NCBI GenBank assembly: GCA_009103225.1
Contig: RHPI01003642.1
Coordinates: 579,116-643,115 of the forward strand
Direction of reading: 5' to 3'
Length of the DNA stretch: 64,000 bases
Source of the DNA: Chlorokybus atmophyticus
Lineage: Eukaryota > Plantae > Mesostigma and Chlorokybus algae
Below the pieces are notes generated by a model. It had not been told where the DNA came from, did no database searches, and worked only from the letters and a program-made list of their open reading frames with translations. Positions within the stretch are counted from its first letter, which is position 1. Each line of letters opens with the position of its first letter. The position numbers were made by a program, and so were the translations under genes. This document shows, in pieces, positions 11,555-24,800 of the stretch.

Positions 11555-14015
11555 ATGAGCAGCATAGACAGCGCCTTCGGCACTTCTTGCCCTGTTTAAG
11601 GCTATTGTTGTGCGCTTGTCCACATATTGATCACTTGTGATGCGTCCAAGCTTAACGCGTGATTAACTTGTTAAACAAGTAGGATCACTATGCTGTTTAC
11701 AACTAGCAACAACAGTAACGAGTGGGTGTGGTGGCGCAGGGCCCGCGCACAGCAGATCCCTCGCTGAAGCGCCTTCCTTCACCACAACAAAGCAAGTGCA
11801 CACACGTCCGCACATGCGCTCACAAGCGCACGTGCTCACAGACATATGCACAAAAAGACACGCATTCACGCACAATTATGCGCGCGCACATGCAAAACAC
11901 GTGCGCGTGCGCATGCTCGCGCACACACACAGTACGCACAGAAACTCATGCCCACACGCACAAACATGCACAGACATAAGCGCGTATACCCACACCATTC
12001 AACCATTGCCATTACCAATTACTGTTGTGGCAACAGGTTGGACAGTCCCAGCACGAGCGTACCCCACAACACGATTGACGGTTTCTCCACCAGAACGCCC
12101 CGCTTCGTTGAGAAACTCCCGGTAGGCATGGTTTTTTGCCACACACTCAATTGGTATATGAGCTTTGCTGCTCAACCAACATCTGCCTGTCAACAAGGTT
12201 TCAAAGCCGGGACCGGGGGATTACCACCGCGACAACTCACTGGCCTTTCACAGCGACAGCATCAGCAAGAAAGGCTACGGCAGCGGGTTCGTGTCAAAGG
12301 ACCGGCGCTTCTCTGAGAGTAAGCACACAGCAGCAGCCTTGTCTGTCGATTGCGTTGCGAGTCTCATGCGCACATGTGACCAACTTTCGTCATTTGTGAC
12401 GTTGTCCTTCTCTCATACGCACATACAACCAGGCACGCGCAAATGCACGCACGCACGCACGCACGCACGCATACACAGTCACAGATGCGCACACTTCCAC
12501 ACGCACACGCACACGCGCGTGTATACACACAGCACCACTGGTGGACTTTGCGCCCGGACCAGGCCAGTACGATACAAACATCGCCCCAAGCACCAGGTAC
12601 GGACACGCACGCTCTCATACGCCTCGCATACCAGCAAAACATGCACATCTGCAGACGATATCGATTCCCCTTCTTCATCATGTTGCCCTCGCATGCAGTT
12701 ATGGCAGTTCACACGTGATGGCCGCCTTCGCGAAATCCGCGCTGGTAACCGCCCCGCACTCCCAGTCCTCAGCGCAGAAGTCCAAACAGAAATCCACTCC
12801 GGGCCCCGGCCAGTACTCGGTCAGAACCAACTGCTGTGTACCTCTCTCTCAATCCCAATCACTCAAAGGCCGACCAAACATGACGTGAACGTCGCGTGTG
12901 TTTTTGCATTCGTCCATCAGGTTGAGAGGACTTTGGCCAGCCACAACGTACCGGCGGCCCACGCGGCCTTCGCTAGTAGGTCATCTCGGTTGGCCGACCC
13001 CGCGAGCGCAGCAGAACCCACACCCGCACCCGGTTTGTGGCTAACTGCTGACACAACAGCAGCACTGTGCGCACGTCGACACAACGCACGCACACGCACA
13101 CACACACGCCCACACAACATTGTCCTCGACAGGCCAGTACGATCCGGACACAGCTTTCCAAGTTCACACCGCTGCTGGCGGCAGCGCGCCCTTCTGGTCG
13201 AGCGCCGACCGCTTCAACCACGCCAGCAAAGCGGAGCTCGCACGCACGGTACGTGCGCTCAATATGATGTACACAACTCTGAGATGCCAACATACATGGT
13301 GCACGTATGCAGGGGTTTATGCCTGCCCATGTGCTTGAGGAGTTGAACACGACGGGGACTGACGCCAGGGAGCCATACGGTATGTCGCACAACTCAGTGA
13401 CATGTTGGTCGAGTCTGGTGGTAACTAACTCACCTAACTGTATGTATCATCAGTAACCGAAGGCGCCAGCACTCATAGCGATGAAAAGCCCGCCCCTTCA
13501 AGGTCTAATCCAAAGCATTGATGACAACAGTATCAGCGTTGTTGTTGTTGTTGTTATTGTTGTTGTCGTTGACTAATTATTTGAATGGGAGCAGCATGTT
13601 CAGCGCATCGGGTCAAGACCGTTTCGGCAACCCGGTGGTGCCGAGGACCTACAAGGGCAGAGTCCCCGGCCCGGGCACATACGACATCACGGTACGCTCA
13701 GTGCTCACCACACACTCTCTATCTACCACTTCACATTGGCACATTCTTGCAACACTGCAAGCAGGTGTCACCGCTGGACAGCAAGGACGCGCACAACATC
13801 GCCGCCAGCGCGTTTGCATCGAGGACCAGGCGCGTCGACGCCGTCTGGCACGACCCCGCACAGCCGCCAGGCCCCGGTATGATGAGTATCATGATGTCAT
13901 TGATGGTGGTGATGGTGGTGATGATGATGGTGGTGGTGGTTGTGCAGCGTTTTACACGCCGCATTCGCCGGATAGGAAGTCTTTTCACCTCAACACGCGC
14001 AAGCGGTGGGTGTGA
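11555..14015 (+). CDS. SHIPPO-repeat (ODF3/STPG-like) ciliary protein, multi-exon; start uncertain
   Basis: Repeated PGPGxY motifs across exons (PGPGDYH, PGPGQYD, PGPGQYS, PGPGTYD, PPGPG) alternating with AFASRSSR / FWSSADRF / MFSASGQDRF segments. Last exon ends KSFHLNTRKRWV-stop at 14015. Confidence 0.8.
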
Positions 14016-14845
14016 AGAGAGACAGGCCAGAGAGAGAGCAGGCTTTTACTCCAATCCAGGCTGGAAGCCAGTCCTTTTTGCAGGGATGGCAGCGAAAGTC
14101 ACGAATGTCACTTTCATCTTTTGCTTATGTATGGCAATGTCAACGCCTGTCCTTCGCACATGTGCGCGTGCGCGCGTGTGGAGTGCGCGCAATACATTAT
14201 CACACGGCGGCTCATCTAGTTGTTCGCCCCCCTGCTGCTGATGCAACTGCTGGCAATAACTTGAGACAGGCTGCGTTGTGCAACGGCACACTATGCCAAC
14301 ACACAAAAGTCTCAGCACAACCATACAAGTGGATGCTAGCCAGAAATGAGCTGTGCTACACTGCCAACAGCAGCTTGGTCAGGGAGCAATGAGCAATGGA
14401 GCACTGAATAAAGATTGTGTCAACATGAGCGCACACTGAGCTGCGCATAGCAATGCAACCAACCGACTCTAGTAGATGCCAGTCGCAAGCACCCGAGTAT
14501 CGTTACGCACTGCAAAAATATATACTAGCAGCAGGAACCCAAAGGCACCCTGTTCGCACTTCTTGCAGCAGGGGTGGCCTTGTGGTCGTGTCTGTTGATG
14601 CAGACTGACGCAAACAGGCCAACACGTACACTACTGCGAACTGATCATCCAACGGCAAGTACAGGCTAATGCTCGGTTCAGTGAATGCATAGCGGTCATG
14701 AGCGAGCTGAGTCCCCCCCCATCAGTCAGCACGCCCTTGTTGACAGTATTAGTAAAACGTTTTGAAGCATTGCATGCTGCACGGGGGGCCATGTCGTCTG
14801 CCGCCGCCGACGACGACGGCGCCCTCGTCGTCGTCGTCGTCGGTC

Positions 14846-16368
14846 ATGCAGATGGCGGAGGAGGCAGGCGGGAGGGTGCTGGTGGAGATCTGCGTGGACA
14901 CCATCGCCTCCGCCGCCGCCGCCCTGCACGGTAAACAGCAACGCCAGCCGAAATAGGCAATGTGTTCTTGGACAAGTTTCTCAATCAAACATGGAGTGGT
15001 TGCAGTGCTTGATGAACTAATCACGAATGAATAGGCCAGACGAAGCAGATGCAGTCACCATACACTTGTTGTCATTATGTCCACGTCTCGCTCCCCCCTC
15101 TACGAATTGAGCTGGTGCGGAAACCCACCTCAGTATGCTGGTTATCATGATTGGGATGACCTTGTAAGAGACCTTGTGCATGTCTGTCTTGTGCACACAT
15201 GCATGATGCTACGCAGGAGGAGCACACCGGCTGGAGCTGTGCGCGAGCTTAGCGGAGGGTGGCATCACCCCAAGCCACGCACGTAAGGACATGAAGTGCA
15301 AGTGTGTTACAATATCTCATCGATATGCGTCGCACGCATCCCACCATGAACCCACACATTATTGATCTCTCCTCCTGCAGTAATCCAAGCGGTCGTGCGG
15401 CTGGCAAGCGCATGCACTCCACGCGTCCCCGTGTACGTGATGATCCGGCCCCGAGCGGGCGACTTCGTGTACACCCCAGAAGAACTCTCAGTGCGTGTGT
15501 TGGCCTCATCCCTCAACACATATGATAAACCACTCACCCCAACAGCATGTGACGAACCCTTTGTCCAGGTCATGCGCGAGGACATCTGCAACGCGGCCGC
15601 GCTCGGAGCCGCTGGCGCCGTGTTTGGGTGTCTTTGTCCCGACGGCACCGTTGACGAACAACAGGTTGGTATGTTGTTATGTGGTTGTGAAAGCCCCATG
15701 CAGAGGCACAGGTTGCATGACCACACACTACCCGAGCAGACGCGTGAGTTGATGAGGGCGTGTCGCGAGGCAAACCTCGACGCCACGTTCCATCGCGCCT
15801 TTGACGTGGCAACCGATCCAACTCGTGCACTAGAGGTGGATCCACCTCTAGTTGTATCCTCAAGCTTATGCAAGACAAATTGAAGCTGATTTGTTGGTGT
15901 ACGTGTACACACACAGACGTTGATAGCGCTCGGCGTCCCGCGCGTGCTAACTTCTGGCCAGGAGGAGACCGCCCTGGCTGGCGCAGACCTGATACGCACT
16001 CTGCGGCAGCAAGCCAGCGGCCGCATCGCCATCATGGCGGGAGGTTATACGCGTGGTTGTATGGTCAAATGTGTATGTGTCATCGCTCGCTGCGGGTTGA
16101 CTGACATGTGTTGTCTAACTCTGCAGCGGGAGTGGGGCCGGGCAACGTGCGGGAGATTCTAGGCCGCACGGGCGTGCGCGAGGTGCACGCGAGCGCGCGC
16201 AACAGGGTGATGACAGTGTCCAATGATGTCCGTGTGGCTCCGCGAGCGACGCGCGTGCGGTTCCCTGGCATGGAAGAGGGCCTGCCTACTACCTGTGCTG
16301 AGACGGTGGCGGCACTCATCAAGGAAACAGAGTTAGAGGGAAGCGGACACAGGACAGATTATGTGTAA
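14846..16368 (+). CDS. cutC: Copper homeostasis protein CutC homolog (about 7 exons)
   Basis: VLVEICVDTIASA, GAHRLELCASLAEGGITPSH, VYVMIRPRAGDFVY, GAVFGCL, TFHRAFD, RVLTSGQ, IMAG, EVHASAR are the conserved CutC TIM-barrel motifs. Confidence 0.92.
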
Positions 16369-16617
16369 GGGCTGGCATCTGTGTGTACAGTTGTCTTGTG
16401 CAATTGCCTGCGTGGACACGTGCGTCTGTGTGCGTGTGCGCGCAAGTGTGCATGGCGCTTTGAGCATCAGTGCACAGTAACATGCGCGAGCGTGTGTGCG
16501 TGCGGGTGATGTGGTGGCATGTACGTGTGCAACAGTGTTGCTATGCATACAGCATAGTCACACGTGTCCGTTACGCCCTGTCCTTAACGCATGCAAGTCC
16601 GTCAGGGCTGGCGCATG

Positions 16618-19600
16618 TTACTGTGACCGTTGCACGGGGGATTCGCGTTGATACGCCGGCGGCGTGGCGCTCTTCATGTTGGCAGCGCCTGTGTTGGCAT
16701 TGGCGGCGGTGATCTGGTATTTGGCCGCGCCGGGGTTGAACTCGGGCGTCTCGAGGAACTGCAGGAAGAGTCCCGCAATGCGCGCGCGCAGGGACTTCAT
16801 TGTCTGGGCAGGCCGACCACGCGATATCAGATCCGCCTGTGGGAGGCGGAGTAAGTGAATGATGTGTTGAGTGTGTGAGGGAGGGCTTGTGTGTGTATAC
16901 CTCTCTGTCAATAAGGGAGACCAGCTCGCGAGTAAGGTCGCAGTCGAACTCCTTGGCTGCCCACTTCACGTGCAGCAGCACGTCGAGCCTCTCATCCGCG
17001 CTCACGAGCGGCAACCTCAGCCCCGCATAGAGCTACACGCACACCACGTTAGCACCCTTTACACAACACACTCTTCTCATCCCCGCTCTCACCTGTCCGA
17101 GTTCGTGCGCTCGTGTCGTGGTCGGCGTATGCACGCACGCGACCCCGCCATCGCGCAGGTTCCATCTGCGCGGGGCCGCCATGTCCGCGATGGCAGTGTC
17201 CACGCGGGCGTCTTTGGCCTGAGCCGCAGCGGCCGTACGCAGACGGTCGATGGTCTGAAGCAGCTTGGTCTCCTGCGTTTATGGCGAGCGAGAGTGTTGG
17301 TATTGGCAGTGTGTCTCACATTGCATGCAAGTTTACGATCCAACGAGTTTCCACCTTGGCCAGCAGACTCTTCATGGCATTCTGTTTGTCTTCGGGCTCC
17401 AACCCAGCCTCCTTGATCTTGCGGGTTTCCTGCAAGACCACGTTGTACTTGTAATGAAAACAAGTACTCAACTGCACTGCTACTTTGTGGCAGTGTGTAT
17501 GTGCGTGCGTGCGTGCGTATGCATGCATGCGCGTGCGTGTGCGTGTGTGCACGCGTAATACATCATATGACCCACCTGTTCCACCCACGCCCCCAACTCC
17601 CCCCACAACACCTCGAAGTCCTCCTTCCTCCTCGGCCTCATCCTCCGTCCCACCTCCCTCTCCCTCTCCCTCTCCTCCCTCTCCCTCCTCCCCCTCGCCT
17701 CCTCCTCCGCCCGCCTCCTCCCCTCCGACCGCGACAGGCGGAGACGGTCGCGCAGGCGACGGGACAGCCAGCCGCGGAGGAAGCGCTGCAACGTGAGGCA
17801 GGCGCGGAGGCGGCGGAGGTGGAAGAGGGAGGAGGAGACGTAAGGGCCGGGAGTGAGGAGTCTGCGAGGGATACAGGGGTGGGTGGGTGGGTGGGTGGGT
17901 GGGTGTGGGTAGGTGGGCTGAGGTGAGGTGTGCAGCGTTGCGTACATGACACATTCATTCATGACACAACTGGGTTGCTGCATCAGAGGACGAGTGTGTG
18001 TCATGTGGTGTAGACGGTGTACACGCAGTGTGTTGCCATTGTTGTGGCGGCTGTTAGTATACACCACTGCATACAACGTGGTGCAGTACTCTCATGAAGC
18101 TTGTACAACATGCGTGAGTGCGTATGCGCAGTACACGACTGCATACAATGTGGTGAAGTACGCTGAAGCTTGTTGTTGTACAACATATTACGTGCGTGTG
18201 ATGTTGAGAGTGCTGTATGTACTTGTCTCTTGAGGTGTCGATGAGCAGGTCCGGTCGCGCCATCTGCGTGGCTGCCTCGCGCTGCGTCTGGGCGCATCTG
18301 CGCGCGGTCACCGCGGTCTGCGTCTCGCGCGTCACGCGACGCGTCAGCAGCGACTGCTCGCCCTCGGACAACGGCTTCTTACGGGTCTGACTGCCCGCGT
18401 TCAGGTACTCCACACCTGGCAGGATACATCATGCTGTTGTTGCTGTTGTCGTTCGTCGGATGATGTTGTTAACCACAACCACAACAACGTGTTCAACAAC
18501 AGCAGCAACATCATCAGTCCAACCAACATGGTGACATATTGTCATCCTCGCAAAACTGGGGGCGAGGATAATGAACAACAACAACAACTACGGTAACAAT
18601 GACGACGACGGCATCATCATCAGCCTCGTTCTCCTGTTTACCCGTTCGTTTGTCGCGATAGCCTCCGGCAAATGGCAGCGGTCTGCATTCGTCTTTGATG
18701 ATGCGTACGGTGACAGTGCGCTCGCTGCTGTGGCCGCCGCTGTTATTCGCAGCGGCATCGTCGTCCACCGCCACTTGAAGAATCTCCGGGAGAACAAACG
18801 GCGGGGACTCGCGAGGGGTGTCTATGGCGGGCTTGCTGTCGGTGTCGTCGTCCACAGCCATCGCAACCTGAAGGAAGGGAATGTTGGGATGATGAGGGTG
18901 AATAATATGGTGGTGGTGGTCACAGACTTACACTCAGTTCTAGGGAGATGCCGCCGCCGGGTTCGACACCGAGCTCGGCTAAGGTTGTGGTCTCGTTGAC
19001 GGGGGAGCCCTGCGTGAGCACACATTAGCAGCTTGGTACAGCAGCAACAGTCTAACAACATCAAGACAACTTGCTGCATGGTGGTGTTGTGTTGTGTGAC
19101 CAATGTGTGATATCCTGTTGTGCAATCACACCGCACCTGGTGCATCACTTGGAGGGTGTCGATGGGCATCTTGAGCACGTCACTCAGACGCTGCTTTACC
19201 TGCGGGAGCATTATAGGGAGTAAGAAAAACCACTGAGCACACATAGAGGTTGTGTAATTGATGAGAATGTCCGTTACTCTCCTTCTGTCGCACCTGGTGT
19301 ATTGTGTCCTCTGTGCGGACGGGCACCACGTGGCACGTCCGCTCGGGAAGCAACACGCACTCGCAGCGCGCCGTGAACCCCGCCTCAACCGCAAGCTGCA
19401 TCATTCACCCAGAGTTGGTACAAACAGCCACCACAACCACATATGTCCACATTCGACACCCTCACCCTTTTGCGAGTGGCTCGCCCCCTGTGCACTGACT
19501 GTATCCGCACCGCGGCCTTATGCCGCAGCGGGGACGTCTCTACCTCCACTTCCACTCTCCTTCCCACTTCATCAGCATGTGGGTTGGCTTCCACTCTCGC

Positions 19601-20108
19601 ACTTCCTCCTTCTTCTTCCACCCCTTCCCCCACCGTCTCCATCTGTGAGTCCCTTTCGCCTCCTCCCACTTCACTCCTCGCAGTTGTGCCACCATCACTG
19701 CTGCTGCTGCTGCCAATAGTGCTGCTTCTGCTGCTGCTAGCACCATTGGCTTCTCGAGCTGTGGAAGGAGCCTACAGACATACAAAGGCGTGTGTGCCAC
19801 ATACAGCTGCGTCAATCTGAGCATTGATGACACACCAGTGCACGTATGATTGTATCAGTGCTAAGTTGTGAAGGAGTGACCTACACGCCAATGTTGTGCT
19901 GCTATCTTACGCTAGAGGCGTCGTCTGGGGCCGACGTGCTCCTGGCAGAGTTATCTTGATATTCGCTCTGCATCGTCTCTGCAGCGGCGGCGGTGTTGTT
20001 GTCCTCATCAGCCACATCACCGCCTCCCCTTGCTTCTGCCGCCTCACCAGCACCCTCCTGCTCTTGATCCTGCTGACCTTCGCTCACCCTGTCCTCCACA
20101 CCCTCCAT
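16618..20108 (-). CDS. IQUB: IQ motif and ubiquitin-like domain protein (IQUB / FAP253-like radial spoke protein), multi-exon
   Basis: Ubiquitin-like segment (VVPVRTEDTIHQV...KQRLSDVLKMP), PFAGGYRDKRTG, TRETQT...TQREAATQMARP, IQ motifs (AAVRIQS; LTLQRFLRGW), DFEVLWGELGAW, ERLDVLLHVKW...DCDLTRELVSLIDREADL...RGR, LFLQFLETPEFNPGA. Confidence 0.88.
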
Positions 20109-21392
20109 GGCTCAGATACCGCCCCAAGCCTACGACGGCCAAACCCTCGCCCTGGCCTGGCCTGGTCTGCCCTGGCCTGATTGCTGGCAGGCGCTCTCGG
20201 TCACGTGACACTACGATAGTATTTCGGCGAGTCGATACACCGCTGCGATACGCAATCTGCGGATTACTGTACCTTTTTGAATGCAGCACGGATTACTGTA
20301 CGAATGGACTGCTGACTTAGTCCATACATGTTGTTGGCAACTACATGTATGGACAATGCCCGATTGTTAGGTGTTGTGGGTTACGTTTGTAGTAAGGCTT
20401 TGCTTGGTGTGTGCTTGATAATTGCAGTGGGTGCACCATCACCAGGTTTGAGTCATCGCGTTAACACGGTTTGCATAGACTAATTGTGCAAAGCTTCGTT
20501 TATGCGCAGCTGCTTATGCTTTAGTAAACCACCATAAAGATATCAAAAAGTGTGAGCGACCTGTGAATATGAGCAAACGCGTTAAGGCAACTCAATGTAT
20601 GTGATGCAAAACTCATGGCGAACTCACACGTTTTCAACACACGACATTAGTAATAAGTAATACTCAATTATAAAATAATAACTGCCTCATCAGGCAGCTG
20701 CATACAGTGGCTTAGCTCAATGTTATCGCATGTGCAAGTCAACTTATACAACATTATAGAAGTATGCGTGTGGTGTTAGCCTATATGCAATGTGAAGCAT
20801 GTTGAACGTGTCTTACGCACTACTTTGCATCGGGCCGCATGGAGCGCATACCAATTAGTGATACAGACAAGAGAAGGTATGTTACTAAGTAGTACTATGC
20901 ATACAACTTTTAAGGATAACACCCTTAATTGTGCAATCAAGATATTATAGGCATTGCATTACGAAAACAGCCTCGTGTGATTTCTTGTATTGTTCAATAC
21001 AAGAAAACGATGCACACAATATGTAGGTAATACCAATTGTACAAAGGAGATGTTACGTGGCCGCTCTTGCTCTTGTCAGCGAAGGGGTAGCTTTTACCAT
21101 GCTGCATCATTTCATCACCTGCATAACATGTGAAGTCGCGTACAAATGACGTTTTTACAACTCCGAATTGAAATTTTAGGTGCACCCTCGCGCACATGCG
21201 TCTTGTGGTAGTCGGTGTAATGCCCTAGCCGGTCAACCGAGGAAGAAGTTAAGCGGTTTGCCTTGTCTATCAAAACCAAAATTTCCAAGTAGGACGATTA
21301 AATGCGACGCTTTTATACTATATATTACTAGTCCACCTGCGTGTTGTTAACAACGACACGTTTCCTATCATCAATGCTCTTTTCGGTATATA

Positions 21393-21730
21393 TATAAGGA
21401 GAGGGGGTGCTCCCTCTTCCCTTTAATCCCCTACCCCAACACCACCACCAGCCACGCCGCCCACGCCGCCGCCGCCAGGGGTAACTGCCGAAGCAGAAGA
21501 TCCCCTGGCTATGGCGGTCGCTGCGTTAGCAGCGCCGCCATGCGGCTGATATCGACATGAGACTCATGTCTCATGTCGATATCAGTGTTACAGATAAGTA
21601 ACACTACATTAGGGCCTTAACATAAGTTAACGGCCCTAATATGGCTTAATAGGCTGGATAATCCCGTCGGGACCCTTATTTAATCCTAAATAAGGGCGGG
21701 GAACCTCTATGGAGGTAGCACACCGTTACA
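21393..21730 (-). repeat. 3' LTR of the gypsy element
   Basis: Plus strand reads TATAAGG...CCGTTACA (terminal TG mutated to TA); 333/338 identical to 27940-28277. Confidence 0.96.
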
Positions 21731-21743
21731 TTCCCCCCCACTT
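21731..21743 (-). promoter_or_regulatory. Polypurine tract (PPT)
   Basis: Minus-strand AAGTGGGGGGGAA directly abutting the 3' LTR start TGTAACGG. Confidence 0.88.
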
Positions 21744-21879
21744 AGGTTTCAATGTCCTCATTGAAGGCTTAGCAAAGCCCCACCACGAGTAAAGAAACGA
21801 AAGTAGTAAGGAAATCAGGGCCGAAGCGGCAAAGATGTCTGCCAGCACCCTTTTACCGTCCGCGTGTGAACACAGTACT

Positions 21880-24800
21880 TCAGTACCCCCGAAGAATCTC
21901 CTGGCAGTTGGTAAGATTCCTTTCGGGCTCCCATGTATTGTGCTCAACACCATACCTTTCCATTTCACCAAGTAAGACGGCGCGCGTCCGCGTCGAGGCT
22001 TACGATGACTCAGGATTGCTTCCACTTCATACTTGAAAGTATCGTCGCCATCCACTGCAACGGAGGGTGGAGGAGGTTGAACCCGACCGTCAGAACGATA
22101 CGGTTTCAGTACACTCACATGAAACACATTGTGAATATGTATCGATTTTGGCAAGTCCAAACTATACGCGTGAGTGCCGACCCGATCAATCACTTTAAAC
22201 GGGCATATCCAGCGAGGGAAAAACTTGCGGGTACCCACTCCCTTGATGGATATGTTTTTAGTGCTGAGAAGCACTGAACATCCCACATCGTAGTTGGCCT
22301 CTTTACGATGCGCATCAGCATGGGCTTTTTGTCTGTCTTGCGCTGCGCGCAAGCAGTCCTTTGCCAACGCTAACCTATCCTGCATGGCCAAAGCCATCTC
22401 GCGCGCTGCAGATACGCGAGTTATGTCGGTAGCAGGCGGGAATTTAATGTTTGCAGGACTCAGTGGATGCACTCCATAATTCAAGAAAAACGGAGTTTCC
22501 TGCACACTCTCTTGCCATGCATTGTTAATCGCGAACTCAGCCATTGGGAGATAAACATCCCAATCAGATTGGTTCGGACTCACATAATGCCGGATGGTTT
22601 CCTCAATCACTTGATTGGCGCGCTCTGTCTGACCATCCGTCTGTGGATGGTAAGCTGTGCTCATGTTCTGTTGAATATGTAAGAAGCTGCATAGCGACTT
22701 GCAGAACTGAGCTACAAATCGCGGATCGCGATCAGACACGAAGTTACGAGGCAAGACATGTAACTTAAACACAGAGGCGACAAAAACCATCGCTAATTCA
22801 CGGAAGCCTATTTCCGTGCGGCAAGGGACAATGTGAACCATTTTTGTTAAACGATCCACAAAAACTGCAACCACAGTGTGCCTAAATCTGTCTCCGGGAG
22901 TTCGGTAATTAGGTCCATACTCACACTTTCCCACTTGCCATCAGGAACAGGCAAAGGTCGCAACCCAGCGGGTTTCTGACGTCATGGCTTGTCACGCTGA
23001 TATTTGTCACACGAGTCAACATAATGCTTCACGTCAACAGGCAACGATGGCCACCAGTACAATTGTTGCGCTGCCTTAGCAGTCTTGCGACCGCCAAAGT
23101 GCCCAGCATACAGTGGATTGTGTACTTCAGCTATGTATCTATGCGCAACCAAGCATGGTCTGGTACTACCAAGCTGGCGCCCATATAATACAAGTTGTCT
23201 CTATTGTCAAGCTGTTGTACATTCTGTTGTATAGAGAACCATGGGTGTAATGCATACCCCTGTAAAACAGCTTGCACAAACTCGTCATCCGGAGGCAATG
23301 TACCCTGCGTTGCAAGCAACTGCGCACGCATAACTGCCAACAATGACGGACAGCGACTCAGAGGATCTGCCACGTTGGTCCTGCCCGGCCGGTATACCCA
23401 TTCAAAGGTAAACCGTGACAAGATCTCATTCCAGCGAGCTTGCCTACGCGACAAGTTCAGCTGTTGAGAAGTACACCAACGGGTTGTGATAAGTCACCAC
23501 TGTGAACTGAACTCCCTCCAAGTAACATCGCCATGTTTCAAGAGCATGCACTATACCAAGCGATTCCTTGCTCAGTGGTAGTGTAGTTCACCTCTGCTGG
23601 AATGAATTTCCTACTCTTTTAAGCACATGGTCGGCCAACCTGTAGCAATACTGCACCACACCCAAGGGTGGAGGCATCGCTAATCACAGTCAAGTGTTTA
23701 TCCCGATTTGGCAATGCCAATACTGGTGCCGAAGTCAAAGCCAGCTTCACTTGTTGCATAGCAGCTTCTTGTGCTGCTGTCCAAGAGAATGGGGCATCCT
23801 GTCGCAACAGGTTTGTCAAAGGCACCACAACTGTAGAGTACCCCATCATAAACTTGCGAAAGTAGTTTGCCAACCCCAAGAATGATCGCAATTGATGGAT
23901 ATTCTTAAGTTGAGGCCAATCTTTTACCACTTGCACTTTGCGAGGGTCAGGTTTGGCACCCGCACCACTCACAATATGCCCTAAGAATGGCAACTCTGTC
24001 TTGCAAAAGTCACACTTTGACAAGTTGGCAAACAAGCGATGTGTACGCAGCAAGGCGAACACCGCTTCCAAGTGCTGTTTATGCTTTTCCTTGGTTTTAC
24101 TAAAGACAATGATGTCATCCAAGTAAACCATAACATACTTGCCAAGTATGCCACCAAAAATCTTATTCATTTCCTTCTGACACACTGCGAGCGCATTAGT
24201 CAATCCAAAAGGTAACACTTTGTATTGATAATGGCCCGAAGGTGTTCTGAATGCTGTCTTGTAAACATCAGAAGGATGAATCCGGATTTGATGATACCCA
24301 CTTGTCAAGTCCAACGAACTTAAGTACGCATTTCCCGATAGTTTATCAAACACATCATCAATCCGGGGCAACGGGTATCGATTCTTTACCGTGATCTTGT
24401 TCAAAGCACGGTAATCCACACACATGCGCAGCTGTCCATTCTTTTTTATTACAAACAAGATGGGCGCGCCAAAGGGTGAAGAACTCGGTTCAATCGATCC
24501 CTTTTCCAATAACTCTTTGATTTGAGTTTCCATTTCCCCCCTCTCTCGGGGGCTCAGCCTATATATAGGCCGAAACGGAGGCTCACTATCAGGAATGAGT
24601 GGTATTGTGTGTCCGACACCTCGATCAGGAAATAAGCCTGGCAACTCATCTGGAAACACATTTTGATATTCCTCAATGATGTTTGCAACACCTTCTGTAT
24701 TTCCCGGCACAAAGTCGTCCGACAACGTCAAGTGTACTAGAAAAGCCGGTGTGTTTTTGCGCAACGCACGTTTCACTTGCAGTGCAGTGAGTAGCGCTGG

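Noticed and set aside
11796-12720. His/Thr/Arg-rich ORFs (HTHAHTR...) here and in many other introns
   Set aside because: Translations of (CA)n/(GCAC)n/(GT)n intronic microsatellites.
20990-21390. Possible degenerate LINE/Penelope fragment at the gypsy insertion site
   Set aside because: Joining the flanks across the TSD gave only short stop-interrupted frames with no convincing RT or endonuclease motif.
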